NCBI GenBank assembly: GCA_052034405.1
Contig: JBPOIO010000004.1
Span: forward strand, 64,751 to 128,750
Source of the DNA: Candidatus Magasanikiibacteriota bacterium
GTDB taxonomy: Bacteria > Patescibacteriota > Patescibacteriia > Magasanikbacterales > UBA922
DNA: 64,000 nt
Reading direction: 5' to 3'
A program made the translations under genes and the position numbers. The notes below the pieces were generated by a model. That model did no database searches. It was not told the origin of the DNA and saw only the letters and a program-made list of their open reading frames with translations. Numbering within the stretch: the stretch's first letter is position 1; every line of letters begins with the position of its first letter. Below, in pieces: positions 38,379 to 52,300 of this stretch.

Positions 38379-39566
38379 TTATGCAATAATTCTAACAACT
38401 GCTCCAGCTCCAACAGTCTTACCACCTTCACGGATAGCAAAACGCATTTTCTCTTCAAGAGCAACAGGAACGATAAGTTTTACAGTAACATTTACTGTGT
38501 CTCCTGGCATAACCATTTCGGTTCCTGCAGGAAGAGTCACTTCACCAGTTACATCTGTTGTACGGATGTAGAACTGAGGTTTATAACCATTGAAAAATGG
38601 TTTGTGACGTCCACCTTCTTCTTTTGTCAAACAATACATTTGAGCTTCGAATTCAGTGTGTGGTTTGATAGTACCTGGTTTTGCAAGTACCATTCCACGT
38701 TCTACGTCATCTTTCTTTGTACCACGAAGAAGGATACCCGCGTTATCTCCAGCTTGACCTTGTCCCAATGATTTATTAAACATTTCAACTCCAGTCACAG
38801 TTGTTTTTGTAGTTTCACGGATACCAACGATTTCAACTTCATCACCAACTTTGATGATACCACGATCAATACGTCCTGTTACTACTGTTCCGCGTCCTTC
38901 AATTGAGAACACATCTTCAATAGGCATGAGCATTGGTTTATCGAGATCACGAACTGGTTCTGGGATATAAGAATCCAAAGTAGCAAGCAAGTCCAAAATT
39001 GGTTTTGATGCTGCTGGATCTGTTGGGTTTTCAAGAGCTTTGAGAGATGATCCACGAATAATTGGAGTTGTAGCTCCTGGGAATTCGTATTTTGTCAAAA
39101 GATCACGAACTTCTTCTTCAACGAGGTCGATAAGTTCAGGATCTGAAACCATATCAACTTTGTTGAGGTATACAATAATATAAGGTACACCTACTTGACG
39201 AGCAAGCAAGATATGTTCACGAGTTTGAGGCATTGGACCGTCTGCTGCAGAAACTACGAGGATAGCTCCATCCATTTGAGCTGCTCCAGTAATCATGTTT
39301 TTTACGTAGTCAGCATGGCCTGGACAATCAACGTGTGCGTAGTGACGAGTGGCTGTTTCGTATTCAACGTGAGCAGTAGAGATAGTAATACCACGAGTTT
39401 TTGATTCAGGTGCTTTATCAAGAGCATCTACGTCTTTGATATCAGCTGTCAAACCTTGAGCTGAAGCTACTTTCAAGATAGCTGCAGTCGTTGTAGTTTT
39501 ACCGTGGTCTACGTGACCAATAGTTCCTACGTTGACGTGTGGCTTTGTACGAGCAAAGTCTGCCAT
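38379..39566 (-). CDS. tuf: Elongation factor Tu
   Basis: The product shows [26 protein letters not shown] and the G1-G5 motifs. It is 395 aa. Confidence 0.96.
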   Translation of the reverse strand: MADFARTKPHVNVGTIGHVDHGKTTTTAAILKVASAQGLTADIKDVDALDKAPESKTRGITISTAHVEYETATRHYAHVDCPGHADYVKNMITGAAQMDGAILVVSAADGPMPQTREHILLARQVGVPYIIVYLNKVDMVSDPELIDLVEEEVRDLLTKYEFPGATTPIIRGSSLKALENPTDPAASKPILDLLATLDSYIPEPVRDLDKPMLMPIEDVFSIEGRGTVVTGRIDRGIIKVGDEVEIVGIRETTKTTVTGVEMFNKSLGQGQAGDNAGILLRGTKKDDVERGMVLAKPGTIKPHTEFEAQMYCLTKEEGGRHKPFFNGYKPQFYIRTTDVTGEVTLPAGTEMVMPGDTVNVTVKLIVPVALEEKMRFAIREGGKTVGAGAVVRIIA

Positions 39567-39714
39567 ACGTGTAATGTTGTCGCCGCACTGTACTTTGAGT
39601 GGTCAAAGACAGTTTTGTTGTCCAGCGGGACCTTGTAAATTAAAATAAATACGTTTTTCAAAAGTGAGGATAGTATAATCGAAATTACGAGTGCCGTCAA
39701 GAGGGGGGTTGTGA

Positions 39715-40413
39715 CTAAACAGGCTCTTCCAAAAAAATAGGATCTTCCCCCTCTATTTCTGTCGCCATTTCACTTGTATTTTCTTCAAAACTCAAAACCT
39801 TCACAGATTCTGGAGATACGGGACTAAAATTTTTTCCTGTAAAAGTCCAATCTGTCCAAGAAAGTGCTCCAGCAAGATTAGGAACTGGATAATACGCAGG
39901 TTCTTCTTTTGCGAGTTCTTCCTTTGTTGCTACTTCTATCTTTGAAGATTCTTCGCCCAATTGGTGCCATTCTGGAGTATGGATCAAATCCTCTTCAAAA
40001 GGATCTGCTGGTGGATTTTCGAGAAGTTCTTCTTCCAAAGTCTTTTCTATTTCTTCACGTTCTTTTTCTTCACGTTTGGCCTTCCAAAGAGCCAGTTCTT
40101 CATTGCTTTGTTCGATTTCATCAAATTCTTTCCCTTCCTTCGCCGCATCAATTTTTTCTGTTATTTTTTCTTCAAGTTCTTCAAGATCATCAACAAGATT
40201 TACCGCACTATAGTTTCTTTGCAACAGCTCTTCGCCATGAGCATTTTGAGAAGGGTAGCTATTTTGAGACATTTTTCCAAAATTTTCTTCAAAATAGTCA
40301 AGCCCCATAAGTACTCCAGCACGATCGTATTTTGAGTCATACACAATTACAGGAACATTGTGATCTTCTGACATTTTCAACAATCTTTTCAAAAGTTGGT
40401 TCATACAGTACAA
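39715..40413 (-). CDS. Hypothetical highly acidic protein
   Basis: The 232-aa product has a short ordered N-terminus (NVPVIVYDSKYDRAGVLMGLDYFEENFG) followed by an extremely Glu/Asp-rich low-complexity region. It lies between the 16S rRNA and tuf. Confidence 0.35.
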   Translation of the reverse strand: MYCMNQLLKRLLKMSEDHNVPVIVYDSKYDRAGVLMGLDYFEENFGKMSQNSYPSQNAHGEELLQRNYSAVNLVDDLEELEEKITEKIDAAKEGKEFDEIEQSNEELALWKAKREEKEREEIEKTLEEELLENPPADPFEEDLIHTPEWHQLGEESSKIEVATKEELAKEEPAYYPVPNLAGALSWTDWTFTGKNFSPVSPESVKVLSFEENTSEMATEIEGEDPIFLEEPV

Positions 40414-40682
40414 AAAAATTACTCATTCATTATCGAAGTGTATATTTTGATTATATCGAGGAAAGACTCTTGAGTCAAGAGAAATATCAGAAGTTTTTGA
40501 AAACAAAAAAACGCCTTGCGGGCGATTTGTAATGGAACCAAAATGTAGGAAAGAAAAATGTTTTTTTCACTTCAAAAATGTGACAAAAACCAACAGTAGT
40601 CTATTATTTAGTACTCTATATACACGATCTATAAAAGATCGAGTCGACTAAAGAGATGTTGACTTTCGTCAAAATTTCTCCA

Positions 40683-42205
<1,523 letters not shown>

Positions 42206-42601
42206 TGAAAAGTAAAATAGTAAACTATCTTACAGATGTAAATCCCCAAATAAATGGGGCTTGAGATCTTGATAAATCTATAGACTCTTGTTTTGTATTC
42301 TTTCGAATACGGGTTCTTGTCACATTTTTATTGTGAATTTTTTACATTTTTGTTTCCTTACCTTTTTGTTGCATTTTGGTTGTATTCAATTGTAGAGAAC
42401 GCTTTCTCGAACGAGCCAAGAAAGAAAAAAGAGAAACCAATATATGTTCAGTTGCTCTTTTTTCTATCCTAGTTTTCTGCATTTGCAGAGCCTTGAGGAA
42501 GGGAGTTTTTTAAGTTGTAGCTCTTCTTGTTTTGTGGCCGTATTGTATATGAAGAATTATCCCCTGTCAAGTGCTGCTATTTTTGAAAAACTGTGGATAA
42601 G

Positions 42602-43303
42602 TTATTTGCCTTGTTTTTTGCGCCACTCTGCAATATTTTTATGATCTCCGGACATCAAAACAGCTGGAACTTTGTGCCCTTGAAAATCTGCAGGTTTTGT
42701 ATACTGTGGATATTCTCCGCCATTCATATCTGTATTATTGGTTTCTTCTTTGAGAGAATCTATATTCCCGAGCACTCCTGGAATAAGACGAGATACAGCT
42801 TCGGCAATCACCAGTGCGCCAAGTTCACCACCAGCAAGCACATAGGGACCAATCGAAATTTCTTCGTCAATCATATAGTCAACTACACGTTGATCTACTC
42901 CTTCGTAACGTCCACAAATAAAGGTGAGTTCACTATATTTACTCCATTCTTCTGCTATACGTTGGTCAAACTGACGTCCCCGAGGCGAAAGCAAAATAGT
43001 ACGTTTTTTCTTTTTGATATCTCCATTAAAAATTTTTTTAAGTTTTTGAAGCCCTGGAGTTTTGCCAAAAGGTATAGCATCAAGACTCTTCAATGCTTTA
43101 TAGAGTGGCTCTGGTTTCATAAGCATACCAGCTCCCCCACCATAGGGTGTATCGTCAACTTTTTGGTGTTTATCCTCGGCAAAATCACGCAAATACACAA
43201 CATTCAAATCAATAATTTTATTTTTTCGGGCACGAGCAAGAATGGTTTCTTTGAAGTAACTTTCAATAATATCTGGGAAAATGGTAATGATATTGAATTT
43301 CAT
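42602..43303 (-). CDS. trmD: tRNA (guanine37-N1)-methyltransferase
   Basis: The SPOUT/TrmD signatures MKFNIITIFPD...YGGGAGMLMKPEP...ICGRYEGVDQRV...VLAGGELGALVIAEAVSR are present. The product is 233 aa. Confidence 0.92.
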   Translation of the reverse strand: MKFNIITIFPDIIESYFKETILARARKNKIIDLNVVYLRDFAEDKHQKVDDTPYGGGAGMLMKPEPLYKALKSLDAIPFGKTPGLQKLKKIFNGDIKKKKRTILLSPRGRQFDQRIAEEWSKYSELTFICGRYEGVDQRVVDYMIDEEISIGPYVLAGGELGALVIAEAVSRLIPGVLGNIDSLKEETNNTDMNGGEYPQYTKPADFQGHKVPAVLMSGDHKNIAEWRKKQGK

Positions 43304-43312
43304 AATAGACTC

Positions 43313-43341
43313 ATACTAGCAAAGAAATTCATATTTTACAA
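43313..43341 (-). promoter_or_regulatory. Candidate trmD promoter TTGTAA-N17-TAGTAT
   Basis: It sits between the terminator of the giant gene and the trmD ATG, leaving a short leader of about 9 nt. Confidence 0.35.
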
Positions 43342-43342
43342 G

Positions 43343-43367
43343 AAAAAGCCCTCAATGAGGGCTTTTT
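43343..43367 (-). terminator. Terminator hairpin (gccctc-aat-gagggc within aaaaagccctcaatgagggcttttt) downstream of the giant gene
   Basis: The stem is flanked symmetrically by an A-run and a T-run. It lies 15 nt after the stop of 43382..55555. Confidence 0.55.
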
Positions 43368-43381
43368 CTATAACATTTTTT

Positions 43382-46300
43382 TTAAAGAGAATTGAGCACC
43401 GAGCGAGTTCCAGGACCTACAATTCCAAGATCTTCAAGGCCATGAGCACGCTGAAATGCTTTTACAGCTTCGACAGTCACAGGTCCATATAGTCCTGTTG
43501 TTTCATGATTGAAAAATCCTTGGGAAGCCAATATTTTTTGGAGGGCTTCTACTTCGCTGCCACTATCATTGAGAACAAGTGAATGTGTAAAAGTAAAACC
43601 CGAAGAAAGTGTCTGTCTATTGGGCAACAAAGAAGACTCTTCTCCAATTTGAGTTCCATCTCCATAAATGCTTGAAGCAGGAAGACGAATAATACGATCG
43701 GTTCTATAATTTAAACTTTTCCAAGCTGATTCACTCGCAATATAACGTTTCAGAAAAATTGAACTGTCTGCCACACTTGGTTCAAGAAAATACAAACGAG
43801 GAGAGTCTGCATACCCAATCACACTCAAAGCAGGTGCTTCGTTTTTTGAAATGACATCACCTTCTGCAAACATATCCAAAAGTTCCTGCGCTACATCTTC
43901 TACATAATTCCACTCAAAACCAAGACTCTTGAATATTTCTTCACTCGTAATAACGTGTTTTTTACCATTTACCAACAAATAAACATTTGGATCAGATACC
44001 ACTTTCATAAGAGTTCCATTTTGTGGAGCATATCGAGGACCCCGTGGCATAAATCCAAGTGCATCATCTGGAATATTTGCCAAATCTGCTTTTGGAACTA
44101 CCTGGACATCACTCCAAGAAGCAAAATAACTAAAGAATATTGGAGATGCTTTAAATGCACGTTTTGTACATGAACCTTCTATTGGCTGACCATCTTTGTT
44201 GTAAGGTGGAGTAATATAGTACACAGCATTTGAGTCGGGAGATTTGTAAGGACGACCCAAGTGTAAAGAACAACTTGTCATACTATGCAGCAACTGAATG
44301 CTCGCACTCGTGTCAAAAACACCTCCTGATTTTGAACGAAATCGTACGTATACGGTCTTTGGTCCATCTCCAAATGGAAGCGCCCAGACAGAACTGGTAG
44401 TAAATGTTTGGAAGGTTGCATCACTAAAATCAGGATTATTTGAAATTGCAACAAAAGATGCATTTACGATATTAAACTGCATATGTACCATACGAGAGAA
44501 TGTTTGCTTTGCTCCATTATTGATAAACACTGGAAGGAGTTCTTGTATTTCTGTAAAAGTAAATTTTGGATTTTTACCAAGCAAACCATCATACACAACA
44601 CGAAGATCAGGAATTCCATTTTTATCCGTATCCAAAATTTGAGCAATGTCTTTTTTCAAATGAACAACAATTGGCTCTGATTCAATAACAAGTACAGCCT
44701 CATCAGCACTTGCAGATACACGAATCACACGGTGAGAAGATGAAGGAAAATTGAGAGATTCACTATCTTTTGTCGTAAATACAATAGAGATATCACTCTC
44801 TCCGTTATTACTCAAAAGCGGAACGAGAGGAACACTTGGAATAGTCATAGCCCCTCCACCACCTCCAGCTTTTATAGGATCGCTCACAGCATCATTATCT
44901 GTAATATGTGCTGTTATATCTGCAATCACAATACCATTATATGAGATATCTGCAGAAAGTGCCGTTGCGGTAAGAGTACTTGTATGAGCACCCTCATCGA
45001 CAGCATCATCTACTGCAGTAACAGTCACTTCTACTGGAATGTTCCAACGATCTGGAGTAAAAGTAATACTGGTTGTAGAAAGCGTTGATTGTGCATCTGA
45101 AGCGAGCGTAACAACTACATCCGCTGTAGGAGTAGAACCAAGCACAAGAGTATAGCTATCGCTCGATCCAGCTTCAGAAATATCAGTCGAAGCAACACTC
45201 TCTACTACATTTATTCCAACTCCATCGTCATCAATATTTGTGACACTTACGTCATCAGGATTGAGTGCATTATAATGTGCATCTCCAGAAACTGCAGCAT
45301 CCAAAACTATACTAAAATCAATATCTCCATCATCAAAATAATCATCAACTCCGCTTACGGTTATAGTTCGTGGAATATTCCAATCTGCAGGCCCAAAAAC
45401 AAGAGTGCTGCTATTCACTGTTCCCTCTGTTAAATCCGAACTTGAAAGAGTTGTTGTTACAGGACCACTTGGCTCAGAATTCAAAACAAGTGTAAAAGTA
45501 GCCGTTGTTCCTGCTTCACTGGTATCTCCAGAAATAAGAGATACAGTAAATCCAGCAATATCATTATCGGTAATATGAGCAGTCACATCAACAATCGCAA
45601 GACCATTATAATTTGCATCGAGTGAAGAAGCACTTGCTGTAATTGTAGAGTCATGAGGATCTTCGACACTATCATCATTGAAAGCGCTTACTGTAATTGT
45701 TTGAGCAACATTCCAATTTGTAGAAGTGAAAACAATACTACTGGTTGAAACCGTCGACTGTGCATCTGGAGTTATTGTAATAGTGACATCATTTATTGGT
45801 TCTGTATCAAGCACAAGTGTATAGCTATCTGTTGCTCCACCTTCTGTAATATTTGTTGCTCCACCACTTTGGGTAAGACTTATTCCAGCAACATCATTAT
45901 CTGTATTTAGAGCATCTACATCACTGGCATTGAGTCCATCATAGTTATCATCAGTTGAACTTGCAACGCCATTTACAAGAGAATAGTTGATGGGACCATC
46001 CGCAATCAAATCATCAACTCCAGTTACAGTAACTGTTTGTGGGATATTCCAATTGAGTACTGTAAAAGTAAGCAAAGCTTGATCCACAGTAGCTTCACTT
46101 GCATCTGAACTTGATACTGAAATAAAGACATCATCTCTTGGTTCTGAATCCAAAACTACAGTATAGGTAGAAGTTGTTCCGCTTTCACTGGTATCACCAG
46201 AAATAGCAGAAACAGTAATACCTGCAGTATCATTATCTGTAACATTTGCGATTACATCACTTGTTGCAATAAGGTCATAGTTGATATCGAGAGAACTTAC

Positions 46301-49300
46301 GGTATGAGTAATTGTAGAAATATGCAACCCTTGGCTCACAGCATCATCGACAGCAGTAGTTGTTACTACACGTGGGATATTCCAATTGGCAATATTAAAC
46401 ACCAGAGAACTTGTCGAAATTGTTGAGGCCGCATCCGAAGTAATTTCAATTGTTACGTCTGCAAGAGGAAGTGCATTTAATACAATGGTATAAGAATCTT
46501 CAACACCACCTTCGGTAATATCAGTTGTTCCAAGTGACTCTGTCACTGTTACGCCTGGAGTATCGTTATCAATAACATTTGCCGTTAAATCAGCAATAGC
46601 AATTGCATTGTACGCTGCATCGAGAGAATCTGCGCTGTGAGTAATCACACTTGTATGTGGTCCTTCTACATCCGCATCGTCTTCTGCCATAACGCTTACA
46701 GATACAGGGATATTCCAAGTCGAACTGCTAAAGCTAATAGAAGTTGTTGAAAGTGTCGACTCCGCATCAGGAGTAAGCGTAATAGTAACATCCGAACTTG
46801 GCTTGGAATTCAATACAATAGTGTAGCTATCGCTAGCTCCCCCTTCGGCAATATTTGTCGTATCCGCACTTTGAGCAAGGGTCACTCCAGCGCTATCATT
46901 ATCGGTGATATGTGCCGTAATATCTGCCACCACAATAGCATCATACCCAGGATCAGTACTGGTAACACTGTGTGTCAGTGTAGAGTCATGAGCTCCCTCG
47001 GCAACAAGATCATTTACCGCCGTTACAGTAATAGTTTGGGCGATATTCCAAGTGCTGGTAGTAAATTGAATGGAACTTGTTGAAAGTGTCGCCTCTGCAT
47101 CTGCTGCAATATGCACAAAAACAGTATCCAAAGGTTCTGAACTCAAAACAATTGTATAACTATCTGTAACACCAGCTTCAGTAATATTTGTAGTACCAGC
47201 TGATTCTGTCAGAACCACACTATTACTATCATTATCTGTAATATGTGCTGTTAAATTTGGGATAATCACAGCATTATACTGCACATCATCTGACGATACA
47301 GTCTGAGTAATTGTTGAATCATGCGCTCCTTCTGTAAGACTATCATCTACAGCAGTCACAGTAATTGTCTGTGCAATATTCCAAGTTGTACTTGTAAAAA
47401 TAATACTCGAAGTCGAAAGTGTACTTTGTGCATCTGAAGTTAGAGTAATGCCCACAGTAGAACTTGGCTCAGAAGTAAGCACCAGTGTATAACTATCTGT
47501 AGCCCCACCCTCTGTAATATTTGTAGCAGCCGCTGACTCTGTCAAAGTTATCCCAACATTATCATTGTCTGTAACATTTGCAATAACATCAGGAATAGCC
47601 AAAGCATCGTAGGCTGGGTCAGTACTCGTCACACTATGAGCAATAACAGAGTTATGTCCTCCCTCAGCAAGATGATCATTCACAGCAGTCACGCTAATAG
47701 TTTTTGCAATATTCCAAGTGCTCGTTGTAAATATAATACTTGAAGTAGAAACTATACTCTGTGCATCTGAGGTAATATTTATTGACACGTCCCCTGTTGG
47801 CTGTGAGTTGAGTACCAAAGTATAGCTATCACCCGCAGCACCCTCTGTAATATCGGTTGTTCCCGCAGATTCTACAAGAGTAATTCCTACGCTGTCGTCA
47901 TCGCTATTGGTAACAGATACATCAGCAGGATTAAGTCCCGCATAGTGAACATCTGTAGAACTTGCAGTATCAAGAATTATACTATAGGCAATATCTCCGT
48001 CGACCAAATCATCATCAACACCCGTAACAGTCACCGTACGAGGCAAATTCCAAGAAGCAGCATCAAAAACTAAAGTACTGGTATTGATCGTTCCCTCTGT
48101 TGTATCCGAACTATGTACTGTTGTGGTGACTGTGCCACTTGGAGGACTATCAAGAACAACCGTAAAAGTAGCAGTACCCCCCGCCTCTGTTGTGTCCCCA
48201 GAAATAAGAGAAACAGTAAACCCAGCAGCATCATTGTCGCTTACATTTGCAATCACACTATCAATCGCAATTCCATCATATCCAAGGTCAGTAGAAGTTG
48301 CTGTATGTGTAATCGTACTGGTATGGTCACCTTCGGCAATAGCATCGTTAAGCGCTGTCACCGTAATAGTCTGAGCAATGTTCCAATTCAAAGGGGTAAA
48401 TACAATAGAACTTGTTGAGATTGTACTTTGAGCATCAGGACTCAAACTCAGAGCAACATTTCCTGTTGGCTCTGAATTCAATACAATCGTATAACTATCT
48501 GTTCCTCCCCCTTCGCTAATATCCGTTGTTCCTGCAGATTCGCTAATAGTCACTCCAACACTATCATTATCTATATTGGTTACAGATACATCTGCTGGAT
48601 CAAACCCATCATAATTCAAGTCTGTTGAAGTTGCTGTATCCAAAATTATCGAATAATCAATATTACCATCAACAAGAGCATCGTCCACACCTGTCACTGT
48701 CACCGTTCGAACAAAATCCCAATCATCCGGACTAAATACAAGGGTAGAGGTATTTATAGTTCCTTCTGTAGTATCAGAACTATGTACTGTTGTAGTTACA
48801 ATTCCTGTAGGAGGAGTACTCAAAACAACCGTAAAGGTTGCTGTACCACCAGCTTCTGTCGTACTCGCAGAAATGAGTGATACAGTAAATCCTGCTGTGT
48901 CATTGTCTATGACATTTGCTACCACATCCACAATAGCAATACCATCATATCCTGGATCAGTTGAGGTAACAGAGTGAGTAATCGTTGAAAAATGAGCCCC
49001 TTCATCAAATATATCATCGACCGCAGTAATTGTAAGAGTCTGAGCTACATTCCAATTTATTGGAGTAAAAACAATACTCGAAGTAGAAATAGTCGAGTCT
49101 ACATCAGCACTTAGACTCACAGCAACATCTCCTGTTGGTTGCGAATTCAAAACAATCGTATAACTATCTGTCGCTCCACCTTCTGTAATATCTGTCGTTC
49201 CTCCTGACTCAACAAGAGTTATCCCAACAACATCATTATCAATATTTGTAACAGCAACATCTGATGGATTTATTCCAGCATAGTTGACATCGTCCGTTGA

Positions 49301-52300
49301 AGTCGCCGTATCCAAGATAATTGAATAATTGATATTCCCATCTGCCAAAATATCGTCTACCCCAGTAACCGTCACAGTTCGTGCCAAATTCCAAGATCCA
49401 GGACTAAATACCAAAGTTGAAGTTGTAATCGTTCCTTCTGTTATATCACTACTATGAATCGTTGTGGTTACAATTCCTGTAGGAGCTGCATCCAAAACAA
49501 CCGTAAAGGTTGCAGTACCACCAGCTTCTGTCGTACTCGCAGAAATGAGCGATACAGTAAATCCTGCTGTGTCATTGTCTGTAATATTTGCGGTGACAGA
49601 CCCAATCATAATACCATCGTAAGCACCATCGGTACTGGTTGCACTATGAGTAAGGGTGCTCGTATGGGCTCCTTCAACTACAGCATCATTTACAGCGGTT
49701 ACAGTAATAGTTTGTGCGGTATCCCAATTTGCTGGAGTAAAGACAATACTACTGGTAGACACAGTGGCATCAGCATCAGCACTCACACTAATTGCAACAT
49801 TCCCTGTTGGTTGAGTATTCAAAACAATGGTATATGAGTCTGTTGCTCCGCCTTCTGTAATATCTGTTGTCCCTGCAGACTCGGTCACTGTCACTCCAAT
49901 AGTGTCGTTATCTGTATTTGTAACATTGACATCATTTGGGTTTATTCCTGCATAATTTACATCCACAGTAGACGTTGCAGTATCAAGAATAATTGTATAT
50001 GCAATATCACCATCACTCACAAAATCATCGACTCCGGTCACGGTCACGGTTCGAGGAATGTTCCAGTCATTGGAATGAAATACGAGTGTACTGGTAGTAA
50101 TCGTACCTTCAGTTGTATCACTACTGTGAATAGTGGTCGTCACAACTCCACTTGGCTCAGAATTTAATACCACAGTAAAAGTAGCAGTAGCACCAGCTTC
50201 ACTTGTATTTCCAGAAATCGCAGAGACGGTAAATCCAGCAGTGTCGTTATCCGTTACGGTGGCAACCACATCTCCAACCGCAATACCCTCATACCCCTCA
50301 TCCGTACTTGTGACGGTATGGGTAATGGTACTACTATGTTCACCCTGTTGAACGGCATCATCAACCGCTGTCACAGTGACGGTTCGTGCCACATTCCAAT
50401 TTGAAGTTTGAAAGGTAATACTACTGGTTGAAAGAGTTGACTCGCCATCTGTATTAAGATGAATTGCTACATTTCCCGTAGGCTGAGTATTCAAGACAAT
50501 AGTATAGGTATCAGTAGCTCCCCCTTCGGTAACATCCGTTGTACCGTCAGATTCTACTAAAGTCACGCCAGCACTATCATTGTCAAGATTGACCAACATA
50601 TTTACATCATCTGGATTCATACCATCGTAATTTGGATCTGTCGAAGTTGCAATATCCAAAATAACACTATTTGGCTGATTTCCATCATCAATATCATCAT
50701 CAACACCCGTCACAATCACAGTTCGGGTAAGATTCCAATCCTCAGGACTAAAAACCAAAGTACTTGTATTGATTGAATGTTCTGTCGCATCAAGAACATG
50801 AACGGTTGTAGTGACAATTCCTGAAGGCTCCGAAGTCAAAACAACAGTAAACGTTGATGTAGTTCCGGCTTCACTCGTATCACCCGAGATAGCAGAGACG
50901 TCAAATCCTGCAGTATCATTATCTGTAATATTAGCAGTTACATTTGGAAGAACAAAAGCATCGTATCCAGGATCTGTTGAGGTAACCGTATGGGTGATTG
51001 TAGTTGTATGTCCCCCTTCTGCAATAGCATCATCAACAGCTGTAACCGTAATAGTTTGGGCCACATTCCAATTCGCAGGAGTAAAGACAATACTACTCGT
51101 AGAAAGAGTAGATTCCGCATCTGGAGAAATACTTACCGCAACATGAGCACTTGGCTCTGTATCAAGTACAAGTGTATAACTATCCGTTGCTCCACCCTCT
51201 GTAATATTTGTTGCTTCAAAAGATTCTACAAGAGTAATACCTGCAGTATCATTATCGGTATTTGTAACAGATACATCAGCAGGATTCATACCACTATAAG
51301 TAAGATCCGTACTTGTAGCACTATCCAAAATTATAGAATAAGCAACATCTCCATCATCAACACTATCATCAACGCCAGTAACTGTCACCGTACGAGGCAA
51401 ATTCCAAGAGTCAGCATCAAAAACCAAAGTACTCGTGTTGATCGTTCCCTCTGTGGTATCCGAACTATACACCGTTGTCGTTACACTTGCACTTGGTTGA
51501 CTATCAAGAACAACAGTAAAAGTAGCAGTCCCACCAAATTCACTCGTATTTCCAGAAATTGCTGATACTGTAAATCCCGCTGTGTCATTGTCTGTAATAT
51601 TGGCAGTCACACTCGCAACAGCAATTCCATCATAATTTGCATTGGTACTAGTCACAGTATGCGTAATAACACAAGTATGTCCACCTTCTACAACACTATC
51701 ATCCACAGCTGTAGCAGTAACCGTTACCGCTCTATTCCAGTTTCCAGAAGTAAAAGAAATAGAACTTGTCGAAACAGTACATTCTGTATCAGAAACAAGA
51801 GCAATGTTGACGGTTCCTGTTGGAGCACTTGTCAACAGCAAAGTATAGGAATCTGTCAAACCTGCTTCGCTTATATCAGTAGTTCCCCCACTTTGAGTCA
51901 CTGTTACTCCTGCGCTATCATTGTCTGTAATATTAGCAGTAACCGAAGCAATTACAATAGCATTGTAATCACTGTCAGTACTCGTAGCACTATGCGTAAT
52001 AGTAGCACTGTGCAAACTCTCTGAATAGTCATCGTCAACAGCTGTCACTGTGATAGTTTGTGCAACATTCCAATTTGCAAGAGTAAATACAATACTTGAT
52101 GTTGAAAAAGAAACCTGTGAATCCGATGCGATATTTACAAAAACATTTCCTGTTGGTAAAGAGTTCAGTACTATAGTATAGGTATCTGTAGCAGCAGCTT
52201 CTGTAACATTGGTAGAACCAGCACTTTGACTGATCGTAACCCCCGCAGAGGCAGGAGCTTCGTTATCCGTATTTGTTACAGAAACATCCAAAGGGTTTAT